Of a DNA stretch of 64,000 bases, positions 39,957 through 54,577 are shown piece after piece. Origin of the DNA: Octopus vulgaris. Lineage: Eukaryota. A model generated the notes under the pieces. It saw only the letters and a list, made by a program, of their open reading frames with translations, had not been told where the DNA came from and made no database searches. The stretch covers positions 620,001 to 684,000 of the forward strand of contig OX597840.1 of NCBI GenBank assembly GCA_951406725.2, in the 5' to 3' direction. Both the position numbers and the translations under genes were made by a program. Numbering within the stretch: position 1 is the stretch's first letter; every line of letters starts with the position of its first letter.

Positions 39957-40575
39957 GAGCGAGCTGGCAGACACGTTATCACGCCGGGCGATATGCTTAG
40001 CTCTATTTCGCCTGCTGTTACGTTCTGAGTTCAAATTCCGCCGATGTCGACTTTGCCTTTCATCCTTTCGGGGTCGATAAATCAAGTACCAGTCACACAC
40101 TGGGATCGATATAATCGACTTAATCCGTTAGTCCTCTCTGTGTTTAGCCCCTTGTGGGTAGTAAAGAAATAGGTATTTCGTCTGCCGTTACGATCTGAGT
40201 TCAAATTCCGCCAAGGTCGACTTTGCCTTTCATCCTTTCGGAGTCGATAAACTAAGTACCAGTTGAGTACAGGGGTCAATGTAATCGACTTAATCCCTTT
40301 ATCTGTCCTTGTTTGTCCCCTTTATGTTTAGCCCCTTGTGGGCAATAACGAAATAAGAAACGTTAGCACGCCGGTCAAAATACTTAGCGGTGATTCGTCT
40401 GCCGTTACGTTCTGAGTTCAAATTCCGCCGAGGTCGACTTTGCCTTTCATCCGTTCGGGTTCGATAAATTAAGTACCAGTTACGCACTGGCGTCAATGCA
40501 ATCGATTAATTCCCTCTGTCTGTCCTTGTTTGTCCCCTCTGTGTTTAGCCCTTTGTAGGCAATAATGAAATAAAA
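39957..40575 (+). mobile_element. Head-to-tail trimer of SINE family 3
   Basis: Three successive CTGAGTTCAAATTCCGCC..GTCGACTTTGCCTTTCATCC units at ~40025, ~40195 and ~40412. Confidence 0.88.
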
Positions 40576-41188
40576 AACGTATGGTACCTGTATTTTAAAG
40601 AGCCAGATTTACCACACTCTCTATTACACTGAGTCTCCCCGAAAACTATGTTAAGAGTATACATGTCTGTGGAGTGCTCGTTAATTTCACGAGCAGGCTG
40701 TTCCGTTGATCGGATCAACTGGAACCCTCATGGACGTAACTGACAGAGCGCCAGTTTGTTTTGGTGCTGAACTGGTGGTGGTACTTATAGTGTTTGAGGT
40801 AACATCTTCCTGATAATATTTGTTATTTCGTTGTACTTGAGGTTGTTCTGATGGTTGTGGTGTTGGTGTTGACGGTGGAGATCGGCATAATAAGGGTTGT
40901 AGAGGTGATGATGGTGATTACCAGAGGTAATGGTAATGATGGTTGCAATGGAGGTTGTGCCGGTCTTGTAGTAGTTTTCGTTATTGTTGTTGTTGTTGGC
41001 AAAATGTTATTGTTGATGGTGGTGGAGGTGATGGTGTAGTATTGAAGGAGGTGATTCGGTGGCAGTAGTAGTGGTGGTGGTGGGGGATGAGAGAGCAATA
41101 ACATTATTATTGGTTGAAGAATATTGGAAGCATAAGAAGAAAAACAACAACAACAACAATAATAATAATAATAATAATAATAATAAGG

Positions 41189-41252
<64 letters not shown>

Positions 41253-41268
41253 TAATAATAATAATAAC

Positions 41269-41306
<38 letters not shown>

Positions 41307-41329
41307 TAATAATAATAATAATAATAACA

Positions 41330-41378
<49 letters not shown>

Positions 41379-41760
41379 TTATAATAATAATAATAATAAT
41401 ATAAAAAATGGCTGCTGCTGCTACTAATACCGACAATATTGGAGATGATGATGATGATGATGATGATGATAATAAAAATTATACTAATGTTCTGAAATAA
41501 CTATAACAACAATGTTACTGATGATGACCAGAATGATGATATAGAGGGTAGTAATAATGATGGTGGTGGTGCTAATGATGATGAGGAGGCTGAGTATGAT
41601 GATGTTAATGATCATGATAATGATGACGACGATTATGAGCGGGTACGATAACCATGAGGGTATGAGAAAGATTATGATTATATTAGCAATAATAATAATA
41701 ATAATAATAAAAATTATAATAATAATAATAACAATAATAATAATAATAATAATAATGATA

Positions 41761-41851
<91 letters not shown>

Positions 41852-41968
41852 TAATAATAATAATACTAACTACAAACTATATTAATGATAATAATAGTAA
41901 TAGGTGTAATATTAACACAGTCAATATTAACAACGAGAATAAAAATAACAACAACAACAATAATAAAA

Positions 41969-42012
<44 letters not shown>

Positions 42013-42264
42013 ACTGAAGGCAACATTAAAGGTAGTAAAATCAATAAGCACAATAACAACTAATAATTTATTTAATAATTAATAGATAATTTCTTAAACA
42101 AAAAATAATTTTCCTTTCATAATATGGTTATAAATATATAACCTTACACACAGTATGGTTACCATCATGGGAATAACATGTGTGTGTATATATACATACA
42201 TACATACATACATACATACATACATACATACATGCGTACATATATGTCTGTGTATATATATAGT

Positions 42265-42597
42265 ATGGCACAATGGCCCAGTGGTTAGGGCAGTGGATCG
42301 CGGCCGTGGAATCGCTGTTTCGTTTCCCAGACCGAGCGTTGTGATGTTTATTGAGCTAAAATAGCTAAACCTCCGCGAGGTTCCGACAGGGGTGGGAATG
42401 GCGAACTCTGCTGTAATCTTTCATCACAACTTTCTCCTGTATTTCAAAAGGGCAGCCATTTTACACTCTCATTAAGAGTACACGTATCTATGGTGTACTC
42501 AGCCATTTGCCCATTTGCACATTCATTTCAAGAGCAGGCTGATCGGTTGATCGGTTCAACTAGAACCCTCGTCGTCGCAACCGACGGAGTGCCACGA
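42265..42597 (+). mobile_element. SINE family 2 head with a different 3' body
   Basis: GGCACAATGGCCCAGTGGTTAGGGCAG...TTCGTTTCCCAGACCGAGCG. The 3' part (GAGCAGGCTG..CGGTTGATCGG.TCAACT.GAACCCTC) also occurs at ~40590-40755. Confidence 0.75.
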
Positions 42598-43113
42598 TAT
42601 ATACATTCATACGTACATATATACACACACACACACACGTATATATATGTGTGTATCTTTTACCTTTTCCTTATTTCATTCATTTGACCGCTGTCATACT
42701 GGAGCACCAACTTCAAGTTCTTAGAATGTTTGTGCGTGCATATGGTCATATAGACAGCTGTGGATGCTTGCGCATTTGTAAATATGTACGTAAATAGAGT
42801 TTATATACGCACCAGTATCTGTCTATGTATAGCTGCATATGTGTATATTTTTACCTGTCTGTCTATCTATCTATTTATCTCTCTCTCTCTATCTATCTGT
42901 GTGTCTGCCTGTCTTTCTGTCTGTCTATCTGTATGTGTATATGTATACAATATATATCTATGTAGCATATATATATCTATGTAACATATATATATAATGT
43001 GCGCACGCACATACACAAACACACGAGTGCGCACAGACGCTAACATATAAATTTGCGTATTTGTGTATATATGTACATACAATCACGCTTGTATTCACAC
43101 ACACTTATGTGTT

Positions 43114-43154
<41 letters not shown>

Positions 43155-44339
43155 ATGTATTAATATACTTACACACGCATCTATTATCGCTTACTTAGTA
43201 CTTTTCAAAATAAAAGAAATAAAAAATCAATGTTCCTTTGCTGCGTGACTGCTCCCTAAAAATTTTTGTATTGCTTCTAAGAGCCATTAATGTATTTTGT
43301 AAATTTACTTCTTCGAACGGAAATTGCTGACTAAAATAGAACTACACCAAAATATGCAGGCAAAAAAAACCAACCAAAAAGCGAAAAAAGGAATATATAT
43401 ATATATAAGAGCTATTGTGGCCATACTTCTACGAACGTGACAAGGTATCTGACTATGCATGAAGACTTCTTATTTAAGTTAGTTATACCATATGGAGTTA
43501 ATGTTATATTTTCTGCAAGCCGAAGGGAAATATCCTCGATGTGTATATTTAGCCTAATTACGAGTAAATTAAACAGCTTCATTTCTGTGTAAACGTTTTA
43601 TGGAATGGTGTTACTGTATGGGTTTTAGTGTATGTCTGAAATACAGTTGTGTGAGTATGTCTTGAATGGTTTTGGTATTCTTGCTCGATGAGGGACGACT
43701 TCGTAGTAATCAACAAAAAGAACAGCGGAAAAGACAAGAAAGGCAAAATCAACTACAAGTTTCTTGAAAAATATTTGCCTATTTTGGTTAACATATAAGG
43801 GTTTACTTCGTGTCTGAAAAACAGCTGTATTGTTACACTTGGTCTATCTTTGTTAGGATTCTCTGATGAGGAAAAATTTAGGATTAATCTAACGACAACA
43901 GCAGAAATGACAACGACCACTTCAACAACAATATCGGTGGGAAATCTTGGCCAGAAAAGTTTCACATGGGAGTTAAATATGCGTTTGAAATCCAGCTGTA
44001 TGGTCATACTTGGAATGTCCCTTTTGATGTCTGACATTTGTGATTAATCAGCAACAGCGGGAAAAGCAATGATAATAACAACCATAACAACACCAGCAAG
44101 AAACCTTCATAAAATATTCACCCATCTTAAAGTATGCCTGAAATGCAGCTGAATGATCATGTCTGGAATGTCTTTATGTACAATAACACAGCATCTCATT
44201 TACATGCAGAGAATCATACAGTTACCCTGCAAAAATCACTTAAATACATCAATAGATTTATAAGCCGTAAAAGTTCACGCCATAATTGTCCAAGATTCCG
44301 AGTTCGATTCCAGGCAGTGACCCGAATAATATTAATAAT

Positions 44340-44420
<81 letters not shown>

Positions 44421-44422
<2 letters not shown>

Positions 44423-44674
44423 ACAGAAACAATTCCTATCATAGTAGGTGCATTAGGTATGTTAAAAAAATATTCAGACTAATACATAACAAAAACACCA
44501 GGACTTGCAAACACATATAAAATACAGAAAATTGCTCAATACTGGACACTGCACATTTCCTACGCAAAACACTTTCAATACAGTAACCATAAGAGCATCA
44601 CAGCACATACCCAAGGCACACAGAGCTGCGCTCAGTAGTCAACTGAAAGCACGCTATAAAAATAAAACTAGCGA
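44421..44674 (+). mobile_element. 5'-truncated R4/Dong-type LINE 3' end embedded in (TAA)n
   Basis: Translates TETIPIIVGALGMLKKYSD*YITKTPG...KIQKIA/ILDTAHFLRKTLSIQ*, homologous to the C-terminus of the large element (TVAVIVGALGMIKK...EIQKIVLTSTAHILRKTLSI). TAA arrays lie on both sides. Confidence 0.88.
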
Positions 44675-44698
44675 ATAATGATAATAATAATAATAATG

Positions 44699-44848
<150 letters not shown>

Positions 44849-45192
44849 TCGAAAAATACCTTAGGAATCGGAAATTTCGCCAAGACACCCGATGAAGACT
44901 TATGAAGTTGAAACGGTGTGTTAACAACAAACGAGATGAAAACAAATATCCGTCAAATGTAAATAACGTACACAATTCCTCCGCTCTTAAATATAGAATT
45001 GTAACTTCAATAAGTGTATGAGTAACATAATTTGTTTTCCACAAATATAATATGGGGGTACTTCATATGAGGAAGCGCATCTTATACGCTAGCAAATAGT
45101 GTATACCTTTCTTATACCGATACTTTTCCCTAGCACATTATACCAGTGTGCACTCAGACACAAATATTATGCTGAACACTCAGACTTCACAT

Positions 45193-45227
<35 letters not shown>

Positions 45228-45244
45228 ACCACACATATACATCA

Positions 45245-45366
45245 TTCATTATCATTGTTCGACCGTGGTCGAGACAATGGAATTTACCATGCTACGCCAG
45301 ACTTCCCGGTCCATCATGGCATTACGGAGGTCCTGTTGCTGGATGCCTGTATCCCTGGAGATTACA
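45245..45366 (-). mobile_element. RTE-like LINE extreme 3' fragment
   Basis: VISRDTGIQQQDLRNAMMDREVWRSMV..., a typical RTE-group D(T)G....L...M.DR..W ending, followed by a short TGA/TAA tail. Confidence 0.65.
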
Positions 45367-46426
45367 TCATATACATGCACACATATACATGCACACATAT
45401 ACATGCACGCATTCCTCACATATACATGCACGCACACGTGTGCACACACATATCCACACACACATATATAGACCGACTAAATATGTACCAGCCTTAAAAA
45501 GATAATTCCTGGGGTCGATTCATTCGACCAAGAATCCTTCAAGGCGATGCCCAAGCATGGCCGCAGTCTAATGACAGATTAAATATAAAAGATGTACACT
45601 TATATATACACGACGGTTTTCCATAGGTACGATCGTGTGTCGTATACACTAACTATTAAACCACGCGGCTGCACTGCGAATAAAAATATTACAACCGAGC
45701 GGACATAGTCTGACTAGAGGAACTGATAATACAAAATTCACTTTGCAAACAAAAAAAATTGCTAATGTAGCCTTGACGGGAGGAAAGTATATTTAAGGAC
45801 GCTAATATGTTAGGAAAAGATACATTCATAAGAGAATTAAACAAAACACAGACATACTAATGGAATCAAATGAACGGAAGAAAATTATTAAGAACCAATA
45901 TTATAGAGGCATTATATAAATATTTAAAGCAGACCTAAATGTGGAAAGATGTAATAGAAAAAATATAGAATAAGATAAACGGCATCAATACTTTAGATGT
46001 TCCGGTAATAAGGTGTAATATTCGTAAAATTCTTCATTGAATGCAAAGTGAATTAAGAACGCTCTTCAGGGAAACTGGAATTTTAATGGCCGTCTTTCGA
46101 ATAACCTAGCTAACAAGGGACAGAGACAGATATTTATGATGAGTAGAAGAGAAGAAAGGGAATTTAGCTACTATACAGTTAATGTTAAATATTTATTGAT
46201 TTGAAATTGTGGTACAAGGCAGGGGCATGAATCTCCTTCGTTGTCCAAATGCCACATATCAGAGGAGGTTTCAAATAATGGTGTAGCATTAGAGCTGAAG
46301 AATTTTAAAGAATTATATATATATATATATATATATGTATATTTATTATATAACTTATTATATTATATATTTATTATTCATTTTATACTTTTTGAGATCT
46401 AGTTATCATATTTATATTTTAATATG

Positions 46427-46485
<59 letters not shown>

Positions 46486-46553
46486 TCTTATATATGTATT
46501 GGCTTATGTCTATCACTGTTTGAGTTACATAATACTGGTTTTATCTCTAATTC

Positions 46554-46584
<31 letters not shown>

Positions 46585-46715
46585 GGGCTTTCAATTTCCG
46601 TCTACGATAACCACTCACAAAGTTTTGGTAGGCCCGAGGCTATAGTAGGAGTCAGTTGGTCATGGTGCAGCGGATGTGGTTCGGAAGCAAGCTTCTTACC
46701 AAAAAATCACTCCTG

Positions 46716-46774
<59 letters not shown>

Positions 46775-46806
46775 AAATAAGTAAATATGTATGTATATAT
46801 ATATGT

Positions 46807-46849
<43 letters not shown>

Positions 46850-47027
46850 AATAAAAAAATGTCGGTATGCGGCTAAGCAACCTGTTGCTTACCCCTTTTA
46901 TTTATATACAACATATATATTGAACTTTTATAGAAGTTCCTACCATTAATTGTTACATTTACATGCCGAAATCTACCAGTAAATAACTGTTGTTTTTTTT
47001 AAGAACCATTGAAGAAATTATTTAATC

Positions 47028-47071
<44 letters not shown>

Positions 47072-47073
47072 TG

Positions 47074-47147
<74 letters not shown>

Positions 47148-47369
47148 CAGAGAGGTAGATAGATAGATAGTTGGATGCATGCTTGTATGCAGAAACATAC
47201 GTCATATATGGACATCAAGGAATCTGTAACAATCTACATAATTATACATATATCAATTTTTAATACCGAAATTTAATTAGAAAAATCTATTCATATACAC
47301 ACACAGATACGCGTTTACATAGACATAAACACACACATAAATGTGTATGTATATCAATATATATAATTT

Positions 47370-47742
47370 TCTATTCTAGGCACAAGGCCGAAATAATAAG
47401 AAAGGTGGCCAGTCGATTAGTTCGACTCCAGTTCGAAACTGGTGCTTAATTAATCGACCCCGAAAAGATGGCAGGCATAAATCGACCTCGGCGTTATTTG
47501 AACTGAGAATGTAAAGACAACGAAATACCTATTTCTTTACTACCCACAAGGGGCTACACACAGAGAGGACAAACAAGGACAGACAATCGACACCAGGCGA
47601 AACAGGTACTTAATTAATCGATCCCAAAAGTATCAAAAGCAAAGTCGACCTCGGCGGGATTTGAAATCAGAACGTAACGTCAGAGGAAATACCACTAAGC
47701 CTTTCGCCCGGCGTGCTAACGATTCTACCGCCTCATCGCCTT
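47370..47742 (-). mobile_element. Tandem dimer of SINE family 3
   Basis: Two TCGACCTCGGCG..ATTTGAA.T.AGAA units at ~47482 and ~47645. Confidence 0.8.
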
Positions 47743-47754
47743 TAATATATATAT

Positions 47755-47805
<51 letters not shown>

Positions 47806-47881
47806 AGAGAGACGTAGGTATAATGTATTTAAATAAATATATATATTCATTTTTCCTGGAATCAGCACTATTTCAAAATTA

Positions 47882-47932
<51 letters not shown>

Positions 47933-48764
47933 TATCATTGCTATCATTGATGTATATATTTTGTGACACACACACAGACGCACACACATATATGTCTGAG
48001 TGTGTGCCTATGCATATATATATATTTATATATTTACATATCTATATAAGTATATGTATATATATACATAGATGCATAGTCTCACATACGTCCACAGTCA
48101 GACACACATACACACACACATGTATATACATGCAATCATTCATATTTCAACACGTATTTCTAGCTTATATTTGTACATACACGCATATACATAGGCACAC
48201 ACACATAATATACATATTTTATATACTTATAGTCTTCCATAGCTTCATACCTACCTACCTACCTATCCCCCTGCACACCAACCTGTACATATATCTCAAC
48301 ACATGCTTCATATATATTCATGTTCCATTGAAACTAAATGAAGTGCGTCCTTATTTCTTTTTGAAAGATCATACTAATCAATTGTTATCTCCCACAGAGG
48401 AGAGCTTGTGCACAGTTATTTCCTCTTCTCGTTCTTGCCTCTCTTATTCTCGTCCCTCTCCCGCCATCATCGCATCCACAGCGCCATTACCATTTGCCGT
48501 ATATCTTTTCCTTCTTATGCACCATTGGCCGCCATGTTGCCTGGAACTAAATGTACAATGGAAAATTCAGTCTAAATGGAGATGAATGATGACAGCATCG
48601 CCTCGTTTTTAATTTAAATTCACGTCTTCACCTACTTTTCCGCTCAAATCTGCACACATACTTACACGAAAACGTATAAATACTCACAGAATCATTCGCT
48701 CAATGACATAGAGACATAACACGTACAATATTAACTAGTGTATATATATGTATATATATGTATG

Positions 48765-48807
<43 letters not shown>

Positions 48808-48943
48808 ATATATATATATATATGTGTATATATGTATATATATATATACACACATATATACATATATATGTGTGTGTATATAAATATATGTATATATATG
48901 TATACATATATATATATATATATATATACAGAGATAGATAGAT

Positions 48944-48990
<47 letters not shown>

Positions 48991-49259
48991 CAGAGATAGA
49001 TAGATATACATATATACTCATATATGTGTACATATATCTATGCATTTGGGTGAGCGTGTTCGTGTGTTATTATGTGTGCGCCGGTATGCGTGTGTTTGTG
49101 TGTGTGTGTGTATGTGTGTGTGTGTGTGTATGAATAATGTAAATGAATCTTAAGATTAAGCACTTCAGAAATATTAACTTAAAAAATCTAGGTCCAATAC
49201 ACACATCACGCAGTGTCTTAATATTTATGAAACAACATATGCTATGGCTTCGATAGTCC

Positions 49260-49294
49260 ATCATCATCACCATTATCATCATCATCGTCATCAC

Positions 49295-49391
<97 letters not shown>

Positions 49392-49394
49392 TGA

Positions 49395-49471
<77 letters not shown>

Positions 49472-49482
49472 CATTATTATTA

Positions 49483-49519
<37 letters not shown>

Positions 49520-49524
49520 CATCA

Positions 49525-49597
<73 letters not shown>

Positions 49598-49625
49598 CAT
49601 TATTATTATTATTATTATTATTTGA

Positions 49626-49657
<32 letters not shown>

Positions 49658-49666
49658 CATTGTCAT
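49260..49666. repeat. (TAA/ATT)n array flanking the Dong 3' end; matching array at 53831-54595
   Basis: Directly visible trinucleotide arrays with (ATC)/(GTC) variants. Confidence 0.97.
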
Positions 49667-52600
49667 TTACTTTTAATCTGCATGTTTGATGCAATCACCT
49701 GCCGGGGCACACCCAGCGCCCTAGGGCAAGTGAAGGTTAAGAGTTGTTGAAATATAGCTGAAAGCTTGGGGAGGGGAAGTAGAGATATATCTCCATGTAA
49801 TGCAAACACAGACATTTATATTGATAGGGTTTTTCTTAGGATGTGGGCAGTACTTGTTAGCACAATCTTTTGGATTTCCTTGAGACATGGTTTTCCAGGG
49901 ATATTGTCTAGGTGTTTCTGACATCCCTTTTTTATCATACCTAGGGCACCTACAATAACAGCAACAGTTTTTGTTTTAAGATTCCACATCCTCTGTATTT
50001 CGATTTCCAGGTCCTTATATTTACTAAGTTTGTCAAATTCCTTGACAGATACATTTTTATCAGTGGGGACGCTTACTTCTATTAGTCTGCAGGTATTTTC
50101 TTCCCTGTCTTTAACAATTATGTCTGGTCGATTAGCCTTGATCGTTCTGTCAGTGTTGACTGGAAAATCCCAGAGGATGGTGACATCTTTACCTTCAACA
50201 ACTGGCTGAGGATGGTGTTCATACCAGTTAGCAGGAGTGTCGGATTTGTAGTGTTTACATATCTTCCAATGTATATACTGTCCTACCCTATCGTGGCGAT
50301 TTTTGTATTCGTTTGGTGTCAGCACAGGACATCCCGAAACGAGATGGTCTATCGTTTCGTCAAATGTGTCGCAGAATCTGCATTTAGGGTCAGTACCGTT
50401 TCGGAGAACGTTAGCCTGGTAATTTCTGGTAAACAAGCTTTGATCTTGTGCTGCCATTATGAAACCTTCAGTCTCTGCTTTCAATCCAGAGCTCTTCAGC
50501 CACTGATGGGTTGTTGCTTGGTCTACATCAGCATTTTGGCTTCGGAGAATATATTGTCCATGCAGGGGCTTCTGGCTCCACCGCCTCTCAATTTGATTCT
50601 GCCCGTTCTTTTTTGCAGTCTGCTTGATTCGCTTTGCTTGCTTGGTAGCAGTGGTTTCCGGCTCTTCATCTGATTCAAGGTTAATGTCTAGTTCCCTTTC
50701 GAAGTTATAAGCTTCCTTGACAATAGAATGCAGCTTTTTGTTGCTTTCGTGTTCGCACACAAGTCGCAGCATCCAGTCCTTTGTACTAGATAGGTACCTG
50801 TTCATTCCTACAGTAGAGGTCTTATAGCACAGCTCTAATTGCATCATTCCTCTCCCCCGCTGCTTCTAGGTAGGTACAGGCGGTCTACATCTGCCTTAGG
50901 GTGGTGCATGCTCTTGGATGTCAGTAACTTTCTTGTCTTCCTGTCTAAGCGTTGGAGTTCCGTAAGGTTCCAGTTAATGATATTAAAACTGTACTGGACT
51001 ACTGGAAGTGCCAGGGTGTTAATGGCCTCAATGCAATTTTTGGAGTTGAGTTCAGTCTTCAGTACAAGCCTTATTCTCCTATAGTATTCCTTTCTTATTT
51101 TTTCCTTCATAGTAGCATGATGTATACCATCTCCTTCGTTGATTCCTAGGTATTTGTAACTTTCCTGTGGGTCAAGTTCCTTGATGGTAGTGTCAATATC
51201 TAATTTAACAGAAGCTGTTTGCCTGAGCTTGCCTCTTACAAAAGTTGCTTTAGCACACTTATCAAGGCCAAAATCCATTCCGATATCATTGCTAAACTCT
51301 TTAACAGTTGTTAGCAGCCCTTCTAGCTCTTGGTCATTCCTGGCAAACAGCTTTAGGTCGTCCATATAGAAAAGATGGTTTATTAATTTACTAAAAACTT
51401 TGTACCCATATCTGGTACTATCCAATTCGTTTGAGAGTGGGATCAGTGCCATGCAAAAAAGTAATGGAGAGAGGGAGTCACCTTGAAAGATGCCTCGTTT
51501 GATGTTGATGCTGTTGGACTGGCTCATCCCATTACTATGGCTTAGAAAGAGACGTGTGTTCCACATGGTCATGCTATTCTCTAAGAATTTTGAGACGACA
51601 GGAGAGATCTTGTATATCTCAAGGGCCTTGAGTATCCATTTATGTGGGACACTGTCATACGCTTTCTTGTAGTCTATCCATGCCATACTCAGGTTTTTGT
51701 TTTTGCTCCGGCAATTCTCTACAATCATTCTGTTTATGAGCAATTGGTCTTTGCACCCATAAGAGTTTCTTTTACAACCTTTTTGAGCTTGTGGAAGGAT
51801 AGAATTTTGTTCAAGGAAAGCGTACATTCTCTCCGTTATTATGGATGTGAGGATTTTGTAGGTGGTGTTGAGACATGTTATTGGCCGGTAATTCTTTGGG
51901 TTTTTTGTGTCTTCGGTTTTAGGTAATAGGTAGGTGGTTCCTTCAGTCAGTCAAGTAGGTATTTGCTCTGGGTTCTGAATGACATCAGACAGAGATGCAG
52001 CGAGATGTTCGTGTACCTCTGTCAAACAATTCAGCCAGAAGTTAGGGATCCGATCCAGTCCTGGGGTTTTCCATTTATGAGCCTTCCTAAGGACACACCT
52101 TAGCTCCTCTATTCCTATTGCTTCCCATTTCTGTTCTTCAAGTTCATCCAGTCTCTCTTTCTCACGTTCTATCCAGTCAGCCTCAGCATTAAACTCTTTT
52201 TCGTTGCTCCATACCTTCTTCCAGAACTCCTCCACTTCCTCAATCTTAGGTGGATCTTCTATGTGTATTTTATTTTTGCCAATTTCCCTATAAAATTTCT
52301 TTGCATCTGTCTTAAAAAATTTATTTTGTCGATAAAATTTGTTTCTTTTGTCATACCTTCTAAGCCGTTGAGCTTTCAACTGTATCCGTTGCTTCAACAG
52401 TTCCTTAGTTGCAGGGAGGTTTATGAGATCTTTGATTTTATATTTTTGCTTGATTTTTCTAGCTTTTCTCGGCTTAATATTCACTCCTCTAGCAAGCTCA
52501 TCGAGAACTGAAACATCCGCCCGCAGAAATTCAATCTCTTTTTGTATCGCTACTTTCCACTTTGGAGGTTCATTGACATGCCTGGCCTTTTTCTTTGTCA

Positions 52601-53830
52601 TCTTAATACCTAGTTGGGTAGTTACTACTTTAGCAGTGGAATAAATGAGATTATTTAAGGTTGTCAAATCATTCCCCTTATTTCTTAAGATCTGTCCTAG
52701 GGCAACGTTATATGTCATGATTGTGTTGTTATTTCTTGTGCCATTTGAAAACTTTGGTAGTGGTTCTCTATTAACCATGTCAGTGAGCTCAATCTTGCCG
52801 AGTTCTCTCATAATGTCCACTTTTGCTTCCATAATCTTTTCTCTATTATTCACCTCAAATTCTATGTCATATCTATTTTGGTTTTCTTGAGGAAGGTCTA
52901 CGTTCTCCTCTTTTTTCAAATCTCTCGTCTTCGCTATTCTTTGTTTAACTTCCCCATTGGGAAGTTGATTTGCCGCTTGTACACTGGCTTCTGTGCTACT
53001 GTTACCTATTTCGTCTACATTGTTGCTGTTTTCTTTTGGTCTACCATGAGCTATCAGTGTCCTAATTTTGTCAATTTCAGCGTCAGTTAGTCTTTTGTTT
53101 TTAATTATATCTCTGCGTACATTACTTAATTTATTTGCGTCTATATATCTACGTACGTCATTGCCTACTGAATTTCTCCACGAGATGTATGTTTGTACAC
53201 TGAGGTTATTATTTGGGTTTAGTTGGGCTGTATAAAAAGCTTTCAACACATCTCTATAGTCCTCTCTGGTCCATTTTATACGTTTTGCTTTAGGTGGTGT
53301 TTTTGGTGGTGTCACTACAAGTCCAGAGTTAGAAGTATTCTGGTTCTGGTCACCTGGTAGATCGTCTTTTTGAGAGTTTGTTCCAGCAGCAAACTTTTCG
53401 ACCCCAGTCTGGTTCCCTACTGGGTAACGCGGTCCTTGTTGTCCCGGGCGATGACCAATCCGGCATGATTTTTGGCTTGTTTTCATTAAATGATTGACGG
53501 CGACATCAGAGGGGTCCATTTTTTCAGAGTCAACTTTTTGACAAGACGCCGCCTCTGTGACGGTGTCGTTAGAAGAAGGGAGTGTTTGTACAGGGTCAAT
53601 TTTTTGACAAGACACCGCTTCTGAATTCTCCGAATTAATATATTGTTCATATCGAACTCGCATAAGACTTACAGATCGAAATTCGCCTCTATTTATTTTG
53701 GTAGTCATGTTTCCGGGCATAACTGTTCAGTGACTTTCTAAATTCAGTGACCAATTTGCTCTTTTTTGCGTTTGTTCATGAAAAATCGCTTTGTTTTTGC
53801 TTTGTTTTCGTCCGCGTAACGTGGTTTTTC
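49667..53830 (-). mobile_element. Apparently full-length R4/Dong-clade non-LTR retrotransposon (RT + restriction-like endonuclease)
   Basis: Single long ORF with ~110-bp 5' and ~150-bp 3' UTRs; both ends join (TAA)n directly. Confidence 0.92.
49816..53720 (-). pseudogene. Dong/R4-type polyprotein of ~1300 aa with one in-frame TGA and one frameshift
   Basis: Myb-like KRIKWTREDY; RT motifs KTPGLD, NYRPITCL, AWIDYKKAYDSVPH, GIFQGDSLSPLLF, HLFYMDDLKLF and YKYLG; CCHC CRFCDTFDETIDHLVSGC; RHD; REL motifs NRPDIIV...IEV...KLSKYKDL. TGA at 51951-51953; frameshift in the G5 run at 50854-50858. Confidence 0.93.
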
Positions 53831-53869
53831 TTATTATCATTATCTTATTATCATTATTATTATTATTAA

Positions 53870-53941
<72 letters not shown>

Positions 53942-54021
53942 CATTATTATTATTAATATTATTATTATAATTATCATCATCATCATCATCATCATCAACG
54001 TCGTCGTTGCCGTCGTCGTCG

Positions 54022-54074
<53 letters not shown>

Positions 54075-54101
54075 CTTATTATTATTATTATTATTTTTAT
54101 A

Positions 54102-54197
<96 letters not shown>

Positions 54198-54234
54198 GTC
54201 GTTGTCGTTGTCGTCGTCGTCGTCGTTGTCGTCG

Positions 54235-54298
<64 letters not shown>

Positions 54299-54306
54299 CA
54301 TTATTA

Positions 54307-54384
<78 letters not shown>

Positions 54385-54460
54385 GTCGTCGTTGTCGTCG
54401 TCGTCGTTGTCGTCGTTGTCGTCGTCGTTGTCGTCGTCGTCATTATCATTATTATTATTA

Positions 54461-54494
<34 letters not shown>

Positions 54495-54502
54495 CATTAT
54501 TA

Positions 54503-54577
<75 letters not shown>

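Noticed and set aside
43753-44047. Overlapping non-repetitive-looking ORFs on both strands
   Set aside because: They contain a recurring CAGCTG(T/A)AT.GT.A.ACTTGG module, suggesting an old repeat; no protein motif.
45650-46310. Possible decayed retroelement coding remnant
   Set aside because: No diagnostic motif could be read with confidence in any frame.
48491-48540. Candidate minus-strand micro-exon ATWRPMVHKKEKIYGK after TTCCAG
   Set aside because: Too short to distinguish from chance; no recognisable homology.
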